64,000 nucleotides of DNA from a virus (lineage: Duplodnaviria > Caudoviricetes), in the IMG/VR virus record IMGVR_UViG_3300038530_002083, positions 29,582-93,581 of that record. One strand, given 5' to 3'. Positions 30,295-40,931 of this stretch are shown one piece after another. The translations under genes were made by a program, and so were the position numbers. Position 1 is the stretch's first letter. Every line of letters begins with the position of its first letter. A model generated the notes under the pieces. The model had not been told where the DNA came from and did no database searches. It worked only from the letters and a program-made list of their open reading frames with translations.

Positions 30295-30667
30295 AGAAAA
30301 TAGACCATCAGATACAACTTGTAACGATACACCTCTTGTATGGGGAGGAACACCAGATAGTGATAATTATCGTATGGAAGAATCCTCATGGGAGCTTAAC
30401 CCTGTATCAGATGAGGTTACACAAGCATACTATGATCAGATTCAAGCTAAAACTTGTCGAAAAGGGTTGATCTCTGTCTTAAAACACATGGCAGACAATA
30501 ATATCAATATTTCAGGTACTAGAGGTTACGTATATAGTAGTTCAGGACAAGCTAAAGTTGTGGAAAATTATAACCCATACCACCCTAACCATCTTACAAG
30601 AGGCATGGGTATTAGACATAAAATGATGGAAATTTATGAAAGGGAGATTATTGATGGCAAGCGCTAA
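30287..30667 (+). CDS. Hypothetical protein
   Basis: GAGGAG RBS, coupled. Confidence 0.6.
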   Translation: MFKENRPSDTTCNDTPLVWGGTPDSDNYRMEESSWELNPVSDEVTQAYYDQIQAKTCRKGLISVLKHMADNNINISGTRGYVYSSSGQAKVVENYNPYHPNHLTRGMGIRHKMMEIYEREIIDGKR

Positions 30668-31253
30668 TACAAAAAGGAAACCTAAAGAAGAAATAGAGGG
30701 TAACGAGTTATATAATACCCCTGAAATTGCTTTAGAATCTTTCTATGACCAGTACGGTTATGTATTTGATGATTATAAAAAGTATTATGACCCTTGTAAT
30801 GGTTTAGGGAAGATTTCAAATTTCCTAAAAAGCATTGGTAAAGAGTGTATTACTTCGGATATAGTAGATTACGGTTGTCAAGACTCTGTACAAGACTTCC
30901 TGACTTTAGATAGATTACCTGAAGGGGTTGACTGTGTGGTTATGAACCCACCATTTACATTAACTGAAGCTTTTATAGACAAGTTTTATGAGCTTGCGTC
31001 TAAAGAGGAGTCACCTATTACGCTTCTTATGTTTAATAGGATGACTACAATAGAATCTAACAGTAGAAGCCGAAAACTCAAATATGGAGAATGGCATATG
31101 GAAAATATGTTTCAGTTTGGTTTCAGGGTAAGCTGTACTAAAGGGGTAAATGAAGAACCTACGGCAAACTCTGTAGCATACGCTTGGTTTGAATTTATTA
31201 AGGATGACTTCGAGTACGATTACGCTCCATCACTACATTGGATAACAAAATGA
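30654..31253 (+). CDS. DNA amino-methyltransferase (N6-A/N4-C)
   Basis: YNTP, DPCNGLG (SAM binding), NPPF catalytic motif. Confidence 0.82.
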   Translation: MASANTKRKPKEEIEGNELYNTPEIALESFYDQYGYVFDDYKKYYDPCNGLGKISNFLKSIGKECITSDIVDYGCQDSVQDFLTLDRLPEGVDCVVMNPPFTLTEAFIDKFYELASKEESPITLLMFNRMTTIESNSRSRKLKYGEWHMENMFQFGFRVSCTKGVNEEPTANSVAYAWFEFIKDDFEYDYAPSLHWITK

Positions 31254-31523
31254 TAGAACAAGATTTTGAAGAGAAAGTGTACCAAATGAGAGATCGGTTA
31301 TCTGAAATAACAGGATGTCAGGTACAAGTAAAACCATTAGGTACAAAAAGATTGGTTAAGTTATTTAGGGTAGAAATAATTATCCCTATACCTAACCATC
31401 CTATAGGAAACTTAGTGGAATCCTTTGACTTATACCAGTGTATTAGAGGAAGAGTTTACTGGGATAGAGCAAGGGATATTAATGAAAATTTGTACATGAA
31501 AGATATTAATTAAGGAGAACATT

Positions 31524-31754
31524 ATGTCAACCTACCGTTTTACAAATGTTAGTGAACTATTGTCAGAGATTGATGAATTTCTATCAGACGCTATTGAAGA
31601 AGCTGTTGATGAAGTAGCAGAAGATAAAGATGAGATTATAGATAGTCTTGAAGAAGAGATCAGAGACCTTCGTGATCAATTATCTGACTTAGAGGATTTA
31701 AACAACGAATTATCTGAACAAGTTTGTTTCTATAAGGATTGGAAGGATGAATAA
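31524..31754 (+). CDS. Acidic coiled-coil hypothetical protein
   Basis: AAGGAG RBS. Confidence 0.6.
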   Translation: MSTYRFTNVSELLSEIDEFLSDAIEEAVDEVAEDKDEIIDSLEEEIRDLRDQLSDLEDLNNELSEQVCFYKDWKDE

Positions 31755-32038
31755 AAATAAAGCTAGGGTACTATTGAACAAACTTAGAGAACGCTTGGCA
31801 GAAGAATTCCCTTATGATAAACTCACAAAAGAAGAACAAGACTTGTTTGATTCTATAGATGAATTTGTTATGAACTTCGAGGATGAACTTTAATGGAAGG
31901 TATAATATGGTACGTAGTGGGGGTTATTTTTATTGCGTTTATATTAGGGAATATCGTAGGAGCTTTTTATATAGTTAAGGTTAAGTGGGATGATTTCTGT
32001 AAGTTCATGTTTAGTAGAAGTAGTAGAGAGGAGGATAC

Positions 32039-33307
32039 GTGAGTAATAATTCCGTAGAACAAGATTTAGCGTTAAAATATATTTTGTCAGGAGAAAATGT
32101 ACTGATTACAGGGTCGGGGGGTGTAGGGAAGAGTCATATCATCAAACAGATACTAGACCCTAACACTTTATTATGTGCGCCTACAGGGATAGCAGCGTTG
32201 AATATAGGAGGTGCTACTTGTCATAGAACTTTCGGACTACCATTAGGAGTCCCGACCATACAGGACTTTATGACAGCAAGCCGTAAAGTACAAGATTTGT
32301 TTAACCCTTTCTCACCTATTAAGCGAATTGTAATAGATGAGTGTAGTATGCTTCGTATGGATCAATTAGAACTTATCAATTCTAAGCTTCAGATGATCCG
32401 TGGTAACAAAAAACCTTACGGTGGTTTACAGCTTGTATTAGTAGGTGATTATTTTCAATTAGACTCTGTTATTACCTCTTATGAAGAGAAAGCGTACTAC
32501 AGTCAATACTCTTCTCCTTTTAATTTTAAGAGTGATATCTTTGATTTTAAAGTTGTAGAGCTTACCACTGTATTCCGTCAGGAGGATAAGAGACAAGTTG
32601 ATATGCTTAATAGTATTAGACGTAAGGACAAATACTACAAATATGCACTCGACGCTATTGTAGCTGAAGCTTTACCCTATGAGCCTTCTCCTGATGTAAC
32701 GGTTATGTGTTGTTACAAAGCAGATGTAAGGAAGTATAACAGACGTTACTTTAAGATGCTGGATACCCCTATCTTTGAGTTTAATGCTAAGATAGAGAAT
32801 GTATTAACAGAAGATAAATGGAATGATAGTGCTGTCCCTCATAAAATTGAGTTACGTGAAGGGTGTAAGGTGATGTTTAAAGCTAATGACTTACATGGTG
32901 AATACGTTAATGGAGAAAAAGGCACTGTCTCTTATGTAGATAACATTATGGTAAGAGTTATCAAGGATAGTGGACAGGAAGTAGATGTTCATTTAAACAC
33001 TTGGGATAAATACGAGTATAAGAATAAATTTGGTGTATTAGAGAAAGAGGTTATTAGCCGTTTTACTCAGATACCTTTAGAATTGTCCTATGCCCAGTCT
33101 ATACACTCTAGCCAAGGATTGACGCTTAACGAGGTAGCTATAGATTTCGGTAAAGGGACGTTTTCCCATGGGCAATCTTATGTTGCATTGAGTCGCTGTA
33201 AAGACCTCAGAAGGGTATCTTTTGTTAGACCACCTACATACGAAGATATTGTGGTACATAAAGACGTTAAAGAATTTTATAGGAGAATTAAAAATGAAAC
33301 TAAATGA
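32039..33307 (+). CDS. Pif1/RecD-like SF1B DNA helicase
   Basis: GSGGVGKS, APTGIAA, IDECSM, GDYFQL, HSSQGLT, YVALSR. Confidence 0.9.
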   Translation: MSNNSVEQDLALKYILSGENVLITGSGGVGKSHIIKQILDPNTLLCAPTGIAALNIGGATCHRTFGLPLGVPTIQDFMTASRKVQDLFNPFSPIKRIVIDECSMLRMDQLELINSKLQMIRGNKKPYGGLQLVLVGDYFQLDSVITSYEEKAYYSQYSSPFNFKSDIFDFKVVELTTVFRQEDKRQVDMLNSIRRKDKYYKYALDAIVAEALPYEPSPDVTVMCCYKADVRKYNRRYFKMLDTPIFEFNAKIENVLTEDKWNDSAVPHKIELREGCKVMFKANDLHGEYVNGEKGTVSYVDNIMVRVIKDSGQEVDVHLNTWDKYEYKNKFGVLEKEVISRFTQIPLELSYAQSIHSSQGLTLNEVAIDFGKGTFSHGQSYVALSRCKDLRRVSFVRPPTYEDIVVHKDVKEFYRRIKNETK

Positions 33308-33544
33308 GTGTGAGGGTTATGAAGATTGGATGGAAGGGCATATTACCGAAGTACCTTTTACTTATTATAATACACTACTAGAAATTACACTCTACATAGC
33401 TTGGGACGAAACAGGTGCAGATATCATTAGGGCTTCTACCTCCTCACAAGAGGTAATAACTGCACTAAAAGGTTATGCAGAAAGCCTTTAACGTTCACTT
33501 TTAACCTCTTGTATATTTTAGATGAACATAATAGGAGAATGAAC

Positions 33545-33802
33545 ATGGCTAAATTTAAAAAGACTGCTAATAAAAAAGCTACCCTTACCAAATACAGTAT
33601 GTTGCATTTTGGTCGATACAAGGGTAGAACTTGCGAAGAAGTGTGTTATGAAGACCCAGACTATATGATATGGTTATCGAGAGAATCTAGTACACAGTTT
33701 GATAATGATTTAATGATCCTAGTGGAAGAATGTCTTTCTTGGAAGAATAACTGGGATTTTGAGGAATATGAGAAGGATATGTTTTATGCGGATGTTAGCT
33801 AA
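33545..33802 (+). CDS. DUF3820/ExoX-C-terminal-like small protein
   Basis: FGRYKG....V...DPDY..WL. Confidence 0.6.
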   Translation: MAKFKKTANKKATLTKYSMLHFGRYKGRTCEEVCYEDPDYMIWLSRESSTQFDNDLMILVEECLSWKNNWDFEEYEKDMFYADVS

Positions 33803-34793
33803 ATTTATTCATGGTAGTCATCTATACCAACTAAATACACCTGAATCAGACCAAGACTTTAAAGGTATCTATATGCCAAGCCTTAAAGATATGGTATTAG
33901 GTAAGGTAAAAGATACTGTAGATTTTTCCACCAATAAAAGTAACGAGAAGAATAGTAGCGATGATACTGACTATGAAGTGTATAGCATTCAAAAGTTTGT
34001 ACAGTTGTTATCTAAAGGAGAAATGGTAACATTCGATATGTTATTTGCCCCAGAATCTGCTGTAACCTACTATGACGAGTTTGGTAACATGATCAGTAGC
34101 GAACTTGCAGAAGAGATCGGACATCCTGTTTACAGACTACGTAACGAGTTTTATGATTTATTCATACACAAAGATATGAAAGCTTATTTTGGGTACTGTC
34201 GTAGACAGGCTGCTAAATATGGTGTTAAAGGGAGTAGATTAGATAGCCTTTACTTAGTAAGGTCTGCTTATGATAGCTATTCCCGTAAAGATGATGATAG
34301 ACTAGAAAAAATTAAAAGTCTACTCCCTGTTAATGAGTTTCTTAAAAAAGAAGAAGACTATTATGAAGTCCTAAGTAAAAAACACCAATGGACTACACAC
34401 TTATCAGAGTTTATTGAAAGAGTGGCATCTGAGATTAGTAAGTATGGTAACAGAGCAAACTTAGCAAGAAATAATGAGGGTATTGAGTGGAAAGCTGTAT
34501 CTCATGCTTTTCGGGCAGGATTTCAGCTAGAGAGTGCGCTAATTAATGGACGTATGCAAGTAGTGTTACCTGACAAAGAACGTGAACTAATCTTGTCTAT
34601 TAAGAAAGGTGAACTAGACTGGATATCAGAGGTTAAACCTTCTTTAGAGGATTTAATGGATAGAGTAGAACTTGTAGCAGAAAATTCTACATTACCTAAT
34701 AAACCAGATATTGACAAAATAGAAGAAGTGTTGTTTAATCTTGTAGCGGATTATCATAAACACAATAAGGAGTTTAGCAATGTCACAAGTTGA
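33786..34793 (+). CDS. Pol-beta-family nucleotidyltransferase (RlaP-like)
   Basis: GSHLY.LNTPESDQDFKGIY; WKAVSHAFR. Confidence 0.85.
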   Translation: MRMLAKFIHGSHLYQLNTPESDQDFKGIYMPSLKDMVLGKVKDTVDFSTNKSNEKNSSDDTDYEVYSIQKFVQLLSKGEMVTFDMLFAPESAVTYYDEFGNMISSELAEEIGHPVYRLRNEFYDLFIHKDMKAYFGYCRRQAAKYGVKGSRLDSLYLVRSAYDSYSRKDDDRLEKIKSLLPVNEFLKKEEDYYEVLSKKHQWTTHLSEFIERVASEISKYGNRANLARNNEGIEWKAVSHAFRAGFQLESALINGRMQVVLPDKERELILSIKKGELDWISEVKPSLEDLMDRVELVAENSTLPNKPDIDKIEEVLFNLVADYHKHNKEFSNVTS

Positions 34794-35043
34794 CACAGAC
34801 TACCAAGACAGACACAGGGATATTCAACGTGAAATAGATTGGGAAAACGAAGATTGTCGTTTATTAAGTAACCTCGCTTGCGAGAAATCACCTTATACAT
34901 GGTCTTTATGTGGAACAGTCCTTATAGGTAAAGATAATGCAAGGATTAAAGATAATAGAGAGAAGTACCGTAAAGTTAGACGAGAGTATGACGATAGTGT
35001 TAAATATGATGGATATTGGGATGTGATGGAGACTATATTATGA
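34780..35043 (+). CDS. Hypothetical protein
   Basis: AAGGAG RBS. Confidence 0.55.
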   Translation: MSQVDTDYQDRHRDIQREIDWENEDCRLLSNLACEKSPYTWSLCGTVLIGKDNARIKDNREKYRKVRREYDDSVKYDGYWDVMETIL

Positions 35044-35510
35044 TAGAATCCTTCACAGATGATTACCGATTCTTATCTAATTTTTACTACTTAGACACTC
35101 CTATGAAGATGCGGTATGGTCTGTGTTTTAAAACTAATGAGCATTGGTATGTAGCTAATAAAAGTAAAAGTTTGAAATGGCAAAAACGTGTTGCTAGTCA
35201 TCCATTAAAAGGTTTAAAGGCTCTAGGAAGAACAGTTGATATTAGGGATGATTGGGAACAAATTAAAATATCAGTAATGGCTTACGGCCTTGCTCACAAA
35301 TTAAGCCCTACATATAACCCATCTTTGTATGAAAGATTACAGTCTACTTTCGGTTTACATATACAAGAGGGTAACTGGTGGGGAGATAAGTTCTGGGGAG
35401 TTTGTTTGAAAACAGGAGAAGGGAATAATATTCTCGGTAAACTTATCATGGAAGTACGAGACAATAAAGGCTTTAACTATCTAGATTACTATGGAGTTGA
35501 TATGTTATGA
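35040..35510 (+). CDS. NADAR (YbiA-like) family protein
   Basis: FLSNFY, EH.Y...K, DWE..K..VM, E.N.WGD.FWG, G.N.LG..IMEVR. Confidence 0.88.
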   Translation: MIESFTDDYRFLSNFYYLDTPMKMRYGLCFKTNEHWYVANKSKSLKWQKRVASHPLKGLKALGRTVDIRDDWEQIKISVMAYGLAHKLSPTYNPSLYERLQSTFGLHIQEGNWWGDKFWGVCLKTGEGNNILGKLIMEVRDNKGFNYLDYYGVDML

Positions 35511-35670
35511 AACAAGTTGAACTATGGTGCGAATCCTTGTACAAACAAGATCAATTAGTTGATACATTTGATACAAGAGAGGAAGCTGAAGATTACGCGG
35601 ATTACCTTATACGTATCCGTCAGGTAGACCCTTATGAATGTTTTACTGTTAGGGAAAGAAGAGAGATTAT

Positions 35671-36405
35671 ATGACACAGAAAACAATTGAAGACTTACTC
35701 TCCCTAGTAGGAGAGTATTCTTATGATGAGCTAACTGAAGCATTACGTCATAAAGTAGAGCAGGAAGATATACCTTACCATAAAGTAGAACAGAGTGGTA
35801 AATACCTTAAAACAGCTAAAATAAAGAAGATTAACGAAGGAAAAGACCTTACTCCTCGTAAATATGCCGACCTTGCAATGGGGATTCAATCTGCATTAAA
35901 TGTTTTAGATAATGACCTCCTCTACCAAGACGCTCTAAACGAAGCAGCGCTTATGTTAGGAAGAGACACACAATATGCCTTAGAAACTAAGAACTCTCCG
36001 TACAAGCACTCTAAGGCTGTCTTACGTGTACATAAAGATAACCCTACACTAAAAGAGCTTAAAACCACAGTCAAGCTTAGAGATATTGACCTTAACAGAA
36101 CTACAACCCTGTGGCAGTTTATTCATCTACTATCTCGCAATAAAGAATTGTATGATCAGTTTTTAGAATTACTTGACACAGTGAAAAGACAGGGAGAAGA
36201 TATAGAGAGTCTGAAAGCAGAGACTAGTTTACATGAGGTAGATATTACCACTCTAAAAGAACTAGTAGGTTTAGAAGACTTGCCAAATAAACATAAGGCA
36301 CTTATAATGTTAGGAAAAGGTATTAAGGCATCTCAAATTGCAGATAAACTTGGTGTGTCAGAGAGAACGGTACAGCGTTGGAGGAAAGATGAAAGTAGCA
36401 ACTAA
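35671..36405 (+). CDS. DNA-binding protein with C-terminal HTH
   Basis: SQIADKLGVSERTVQRW. Confidence 0.7.
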   Translation: MTQKTIEDLLSLVGEYSYDELTEALRHKVEQEDIPYHKVEQSGKYLKTAKIKKINEGKDLTPRKYADLAMGIQSALNVLDNDLLYQDALNEAALMLGRDTQYALETKNSPYKHSKAVLRVHKDNPTLKELKTTVKLRDIDLNRTTTLWQFIHLLSRNKELYDQFLELLDTVKRQGEDIESLKAETSLHEVDITTLKELVGLEDLPNKHKALIMLGKGIKASQIADKLGVSERTVQRWRKDESSN

Positions 36406-36572
36406 TTATGTTCCAGATGAAAGTAAATATTACTTAACGGAAAGGAAAGAGTATGAAGTTTATTTTGTAGGTGCAAGGGCTATAATTGTAAATGATAATA
36501 AGGAAGAAACCGTAATTATACTAAATGAATCAGGTTGCGCTCACTTAGATTATTATTGTTGGGATATTATAG

Positions 36573-37145
36573 ATGACTAATTATTACACAGGTATAGGTA
36601 GTAGGGAAACACCTAATGACATTCTAGATAGAATGACTAGACTTGGTTCATGGTTCTCTGAACTAGATTGGGTACTACGTTCAGGTGGTGCTGAAGGGGC
36701 AGACAGGGCTTTTGAGAGAGGTGTTAGGGTAGGTAAACAATGTGATATCTACATTCCTTGGAAAGGCTTTGCCAAACATTCAGATAATCCTATGATAGGC
36801 AGTGAATTTGATACATGGGAAGAAGCAGAGGCTATAGCAAAAAGTATACATCCTCTCGGTAGTATTTTTAATGATGATGGAACTCCTAAATGGGATAATA
36901 TGAAAAGAGGCGCTAAGTCATTACATGCAAGGAATGTATACCAAGTATTAGGGTCAGATTTAAAAACTCCATCTAAGTTTGTAGTGTACTATGCTAAAGA
37001 AACTAAGACAGGAGAAGTATCAGGAGGAACACGTACTGCGGTAATGTTAGCTAGACAACATAATATACCTTGTGTTAATATGCTATACGATGATTGGTTC
37101 GACCAATTACAAAAAGTTTGGAAGGAGGTTAATAGGAAATGCTAA
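36573..37145 (+). CDS. SLOG-superfamily (DprA/Smf-like) protein
   Basis: YTGIGSRETP, LRSGGAEGAD.AFE, SGGT.TA. Confidence 0.8.
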   Translation: MTNYYTGIGSRETPNDILDRMTRLGSWFSELDWVLRSGGAEGADRAFERGVRVGKQCDIYIPWKGFAKHSDNPMIGSEFDTWEEAEAIAKSIHPLGSIFNDDGTPKWDNMKRGAKSLHARNVYQVLGSDLKTPSKFVVYYAKETKTGEVSGGTRTAVMLARQHNIPCVNMLYDDWFDQLQKVWKEVNRKC

Positions 37146-37790
37146 TACAATACAATGATGAAGCTTATGTAAACACTGACCACATTACTTTTGTTAGTAA
37201 GGATGGGTATGGTAATGTTCTGTTCAAGGTAATAAATGACAACCAATACAGACCAGTTAAAGAGAAATATCTTGATAATTTTAATGCTAATTTAGGGGTG
37301 TTTCCCCCTTACCAAATTCAATCAAATGTTGTCTAGGAGAGTACAATGACTGAACAAGAAATTTTAGATTTAATCGCAGAAGAACTAAGATTAGAGGTAG
37401 AGGATAACTATTGGTCTGATAATAGTGACATAACCATAAAGCTGATGCTAGGTGATAGGATAGTAGACTGGTATACGCTGCATAATGTAGTTAATAAGGA
37501 TTAAAGATGCAGTTAGATGCCTTAATACTAAATTGCCCTATGTGTGACTCTTGGTATACTAAAGATACTGCACCTAGTAGTGATTATTGTGAACATAAAG
37601 GGAACTTCAGACAGTTGTACTTTTGTAATTGTAACGGAAAACAAACACAATTAAACGATGCACATGAATGCAATATAATAACACCGTATCAAGAGATGCA
37701 GTTACAGTTTCTACGAGAACAGAGAGATACGTTGTATAAAAGCATATACACGATCAACCGACAGATAGAAGACATCACAGGAGAAAGAGA

Positions 37791-38222
37791 ATGAAAGAAT
37801 TTAAGTTTAAAGCATGGCACACTTTGATAGGTACTATGCTTCAAGTGGGGGATGACTTTGGTACTACACACCCCTTAGATTGTGTGCAATACTTTAAGGA
37901 AGGTCAGTCGGTAATCTTATTACAGTACACAGGGGTTAAAGATAAGAATGGTATAGAAATATATGAAGGGGATATCGTAAAACAGACTCTAGGAAAACAT
38001 TACTGGTTGAATGAGGTTAAGTCGCTAGGGGGGCAGTTCGGTAATAACCTATATTTAGTTTGTTTTGAAGATAACCTGTCTGTAGATGAAGATACCAAAC
38101 ATTACACGTTTAAACCGCAAAAAGGTAGTGGGGCGAGATCCAGTTCATTGGGATTGACTAATGCAGAAGTTGTAGGTAATATATACGAGAACCCAGAACT
38201 ATTAGAAGGAGAATATGAATGA
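37791..38222 (+). CDS. YopX-family protein
   Basis: KFKAW..QYTGVKDKNGIEIYEGDIV..EVVGNIYENPELL. Confidence 0.85.
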   Translation: MKEFKFKAWHTLIGTMLQVGDDFGTTHPLDCVQYFKEGQSVILLQYTGVKDKNGIEIYEGDIVKQTLGKHYWLNEVKSLGGQFGNNLYLVCFEDNLSVDEDTKHYTFKPQKGSGARSSSLGLTNAEVVGNIYENPELLEGEYE

Positions 38223-38253
38223 AATTTAAAGACATTAAAGTAGCGGATGATAT

Positions 38254-38784
38254 ATGACTACAGTAGTGATCGACTTTAAAGAGGGGAAAGTATTAGCTGA
38301 CAGGCAAACTACACAGACGCACTATGAAAAATTTTCTATCTTCCACATGGTAACAGGTACTGAACCTAAGATTAATAAAGACTCTTTCAGTATAGAAGCT
38401 AATGATAAGATACATAAAGTAGGTGATGTGGTCTTAGTTGGGTCTGGGGATAGAGACGAGGTATTAAGATTAGTTAAAGAATATACGCACCGAAACCATA
38501 TACCAAAACCTAAGACAGATAATGTCACTCTCGCTGTAGTGAGAAAGAAAGGGGATGGACTATTTGTAGAATTATACGATGGTAAGAAAGGTAAATACTC
38601 TTGGAATTCTCCTGTATGGGATTTTAACATTATACAAGGGAATGAAAATACCATAACTTTCGGTTCAGGAGGAGATTACGCCTATGGTGCTATAAAAGCA
38701 GGTTTAACTTCAGAAGAGGCTATGGTAGCAGCAAGTAAATGTGATAAGTATACATCATTTGAGTATGATGTAGTAACTTTATAG
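38254..38784 (+). CDS. HslV/proteasome-like Ntn-hydrolase peptidase
   Basis: MTT N-terminus, AD.Q.T, GSGGDYAYGA, D.YT. Confidence 0.7.
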   Translation: MTTVVIDFKEGKVLADRQTTQTHYEKFSIFHMVTGTEPKINKDSFSIEANDKIHKVGDVVLVGSGDRDEVLRLVKEYTHRNHIPKPKTDNVTLAVVRKKGDGLFVELYDGKKGKYSWNSPVWDFNIIQGNENTITFGSGGDYAYGAIKAGLTSEEAMVAASKCDKYTSFEYDVVTL

Positions 38785-39470
38785 GAGGAATAATAATGAA
38801 CACAACTCTAGGAGTATTTTTATATAAAGAATCTGTGGTTTACTTAATAAGAAGAGTATTTCCTAATACTAACCACTACAATAATGGTGATGAATCTTTT
38901 ATTTACACTTCTCACGAAGGAGAGGGTTATAACGTGGCCTTCCCTAAAGATCTCTCTTATCTCATGCAAAAAGGACTTGAACCTCATCACCTTGCTTGTT
39001 GTATGACAAACCAGTTAGTTAACCTTATTATTGAAGGAGACAAAAATGAGTAAACAATACACAGTAAAAGAATTAAGAGAAGAACTGTCTAAGTTTAATG
39101 AGGATGATATTGTTATTATAAAAGGTACACGTAATGGTACATTCTCTCATTACATTGATAGTATCGAATATGGTAAACACAAAGCTACACAAGGTAAAGT
39201 GTGTATACATGGAAGGAGTTATTAACTGCGGGCACTAAATATAAATTACTTACAGGAAAATAGGAGGTAACAAATGATTGAACTATACATTCTTATATAT
39301 ATATAGCTTGTATGTTTATATGTTTAGGTTGGCACATAGAACAAGCAGACAGTCCTTTTGTAGAAGTAGATTGGTCTTACTGTTTAATAGCATTAGTTTG
39401 TACCGTTTTATCCCCGATATGGATTATGATCATATTAGGGGTAAAACTTCACGGAGAGAGGGGATTTTAA

Positions 39471-39728
39471 ATGGATATTAGTATCACAGAATTCTTTTCA
39501 CATACAATAACACATGAAATGAAAATGCCTGAAGAAGGACAACGTGTATTAGCTTTATATAAAGGAGAATGGATTGTATTAGAAGTGGGGGTAGAATCCC
39601 CTACATACGAAGAACCTTACTTCCCTCCATTTAAGTATTGGTTTGAACCATTCTTTAATATGTTAGACATAGAGTACGATGATGTAACAGAGTGGAGAGA
39701 GTTACCTGATAAGGGTATAAATAAATGA
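39471..39728 (+). CDS. DUF551-like protein
   Basis: MPEEGQRVL..VTEWRELP. Confidence 0.6.
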   Translation: MDISITEFFSHTITHEMKMPEEGQRVLALYKGEWIVLEVGVESPTYEEPYFPPFKYWFEPFFNMLDIEYDDVTEWRELPDKGINK

Positions 39729-40279
39729 ATGTATCCGATATGACACATGATGACATAGCAGACCATATAGCTCACTACCTTAAAGGTAAAGGCTATGAAC
39801 TCGCATTTAGTAATATGACTGACCCTATACAGTGGGAACAACCTGACGTAATGGGTATGAATCTATATGGTGAATCTATACTATGCGAAGTAAAAGTAAG
39901 TAGGTCAGATTTTAAAGCTGACGCTAATAAAGGTTTTAGAGAGGAAGGTAAAGGGACAGGAGATTATAGAGTATATGTAACTCCTAGAGGTTTACTCTCT
40001 CCCGAAGAAATACCTTATGGATGGATGCTATGGGAAATACATGGTAAGACAAAACCTATAGTTAAAATAATAAAAGGGAGGAAGAAAGTAAAAGAACCCC
40101 ACCCTGACTACTCTTGGTCTGCTACAGTACATAAATATTTAAACACTACAGAGGAAGAGTATAAGTATTTTGTACAAAAAGATAAGAATTACAGAACAGA
40201 GTACCAATGGCTACACAAAATAGTAAGACGCGCAGAAGAAGATGGTATAGATATGAACTTATACGCTAAAGGAGAATAA
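39725..40279 (+). CDS. PD-(D/E)xK nuclease-like protein (MmcB-like)
   Basis: EQPDV..EVKVSRSDFKAD..G.YR.Y. Confidence 0.65.
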   Translation: MNVSDMTHDDIADHIAHYLKGKGYELAFSNMTDPIQWEQPDVMGMNLYGESILCEVKVSRSDFKADANKGFREEGKGTGDYRVYVTPRGLLSPEEIPYGWMLWEIHGKTKPIVKIIKGRKKVKEPHPDYSWSATVHKYLNTTEEEYKYFVQKDKNYRTEYQWLHKIVRRAEEDGIDMNLYAKGE

Positions 40280-40539
40280 GCTAGAAAGAAGTACATACCC
40301 TCCTAAGAAACCCTTCCTTTCTATAAGAAGTCCTGTAACGAGTTTATAGGGCTTTTCTATCCCACCCTATACAACAGGGTATTTATCCCAAGAAATCCTC
40401 TCAGAGGCTTATACAGAGCCATATACAACACTATTCACCCTCTATAATCCTAAATACTTCCCTATCTTTCATAAATACCCCTAAAAACATAGTAAAACAT
40501 ACAAAATATACATTTCCCTTACAAAACAGTACCTTATAA

Positions 40540-40700
40540 AATATATACCCCTTTCCAAAATATCTATCCTATTGAAATATCTACCTTTTCCAAAATATCC
40601 TATTTCCAAATATTAGTATTTTCTTACTACTTTAGTCTACCCAAATATACCCCTTTTCCAAATAAACCTCTTCCAAACGGTATCCCCTATTCAAAATATG
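40540..40700 (+). repeat. Degenerate tandem C-rich repeats (~TATxCCyyTTCCAAA, about 7-8 copies)
   Basis: e.g. tatacccctttccaaaa, tatctaccttttccaaaa, tatcctatttccaaa, tataccccttttccaaa. Confidence 0.7.
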
Positions 40701-40931
40701 GCATATTGAGAAATATTCTCTATAAGGAGTATTCTCTAAAAAAGTAATCTCTTATGTTTGGGTGTTAAACCTACAAACTCCACCCCTACCAAAATTCCTG
40801 ATAAAAGTAAAATATCTATTAGCTATATCCTTAGACAAGAATGCTATATGAATGCATATGCGTTTAACATGCATATCTATCCACTATATAAACCTTGCAT
40901 AATTATCTAATATTAAAGCATATTTATTCAG

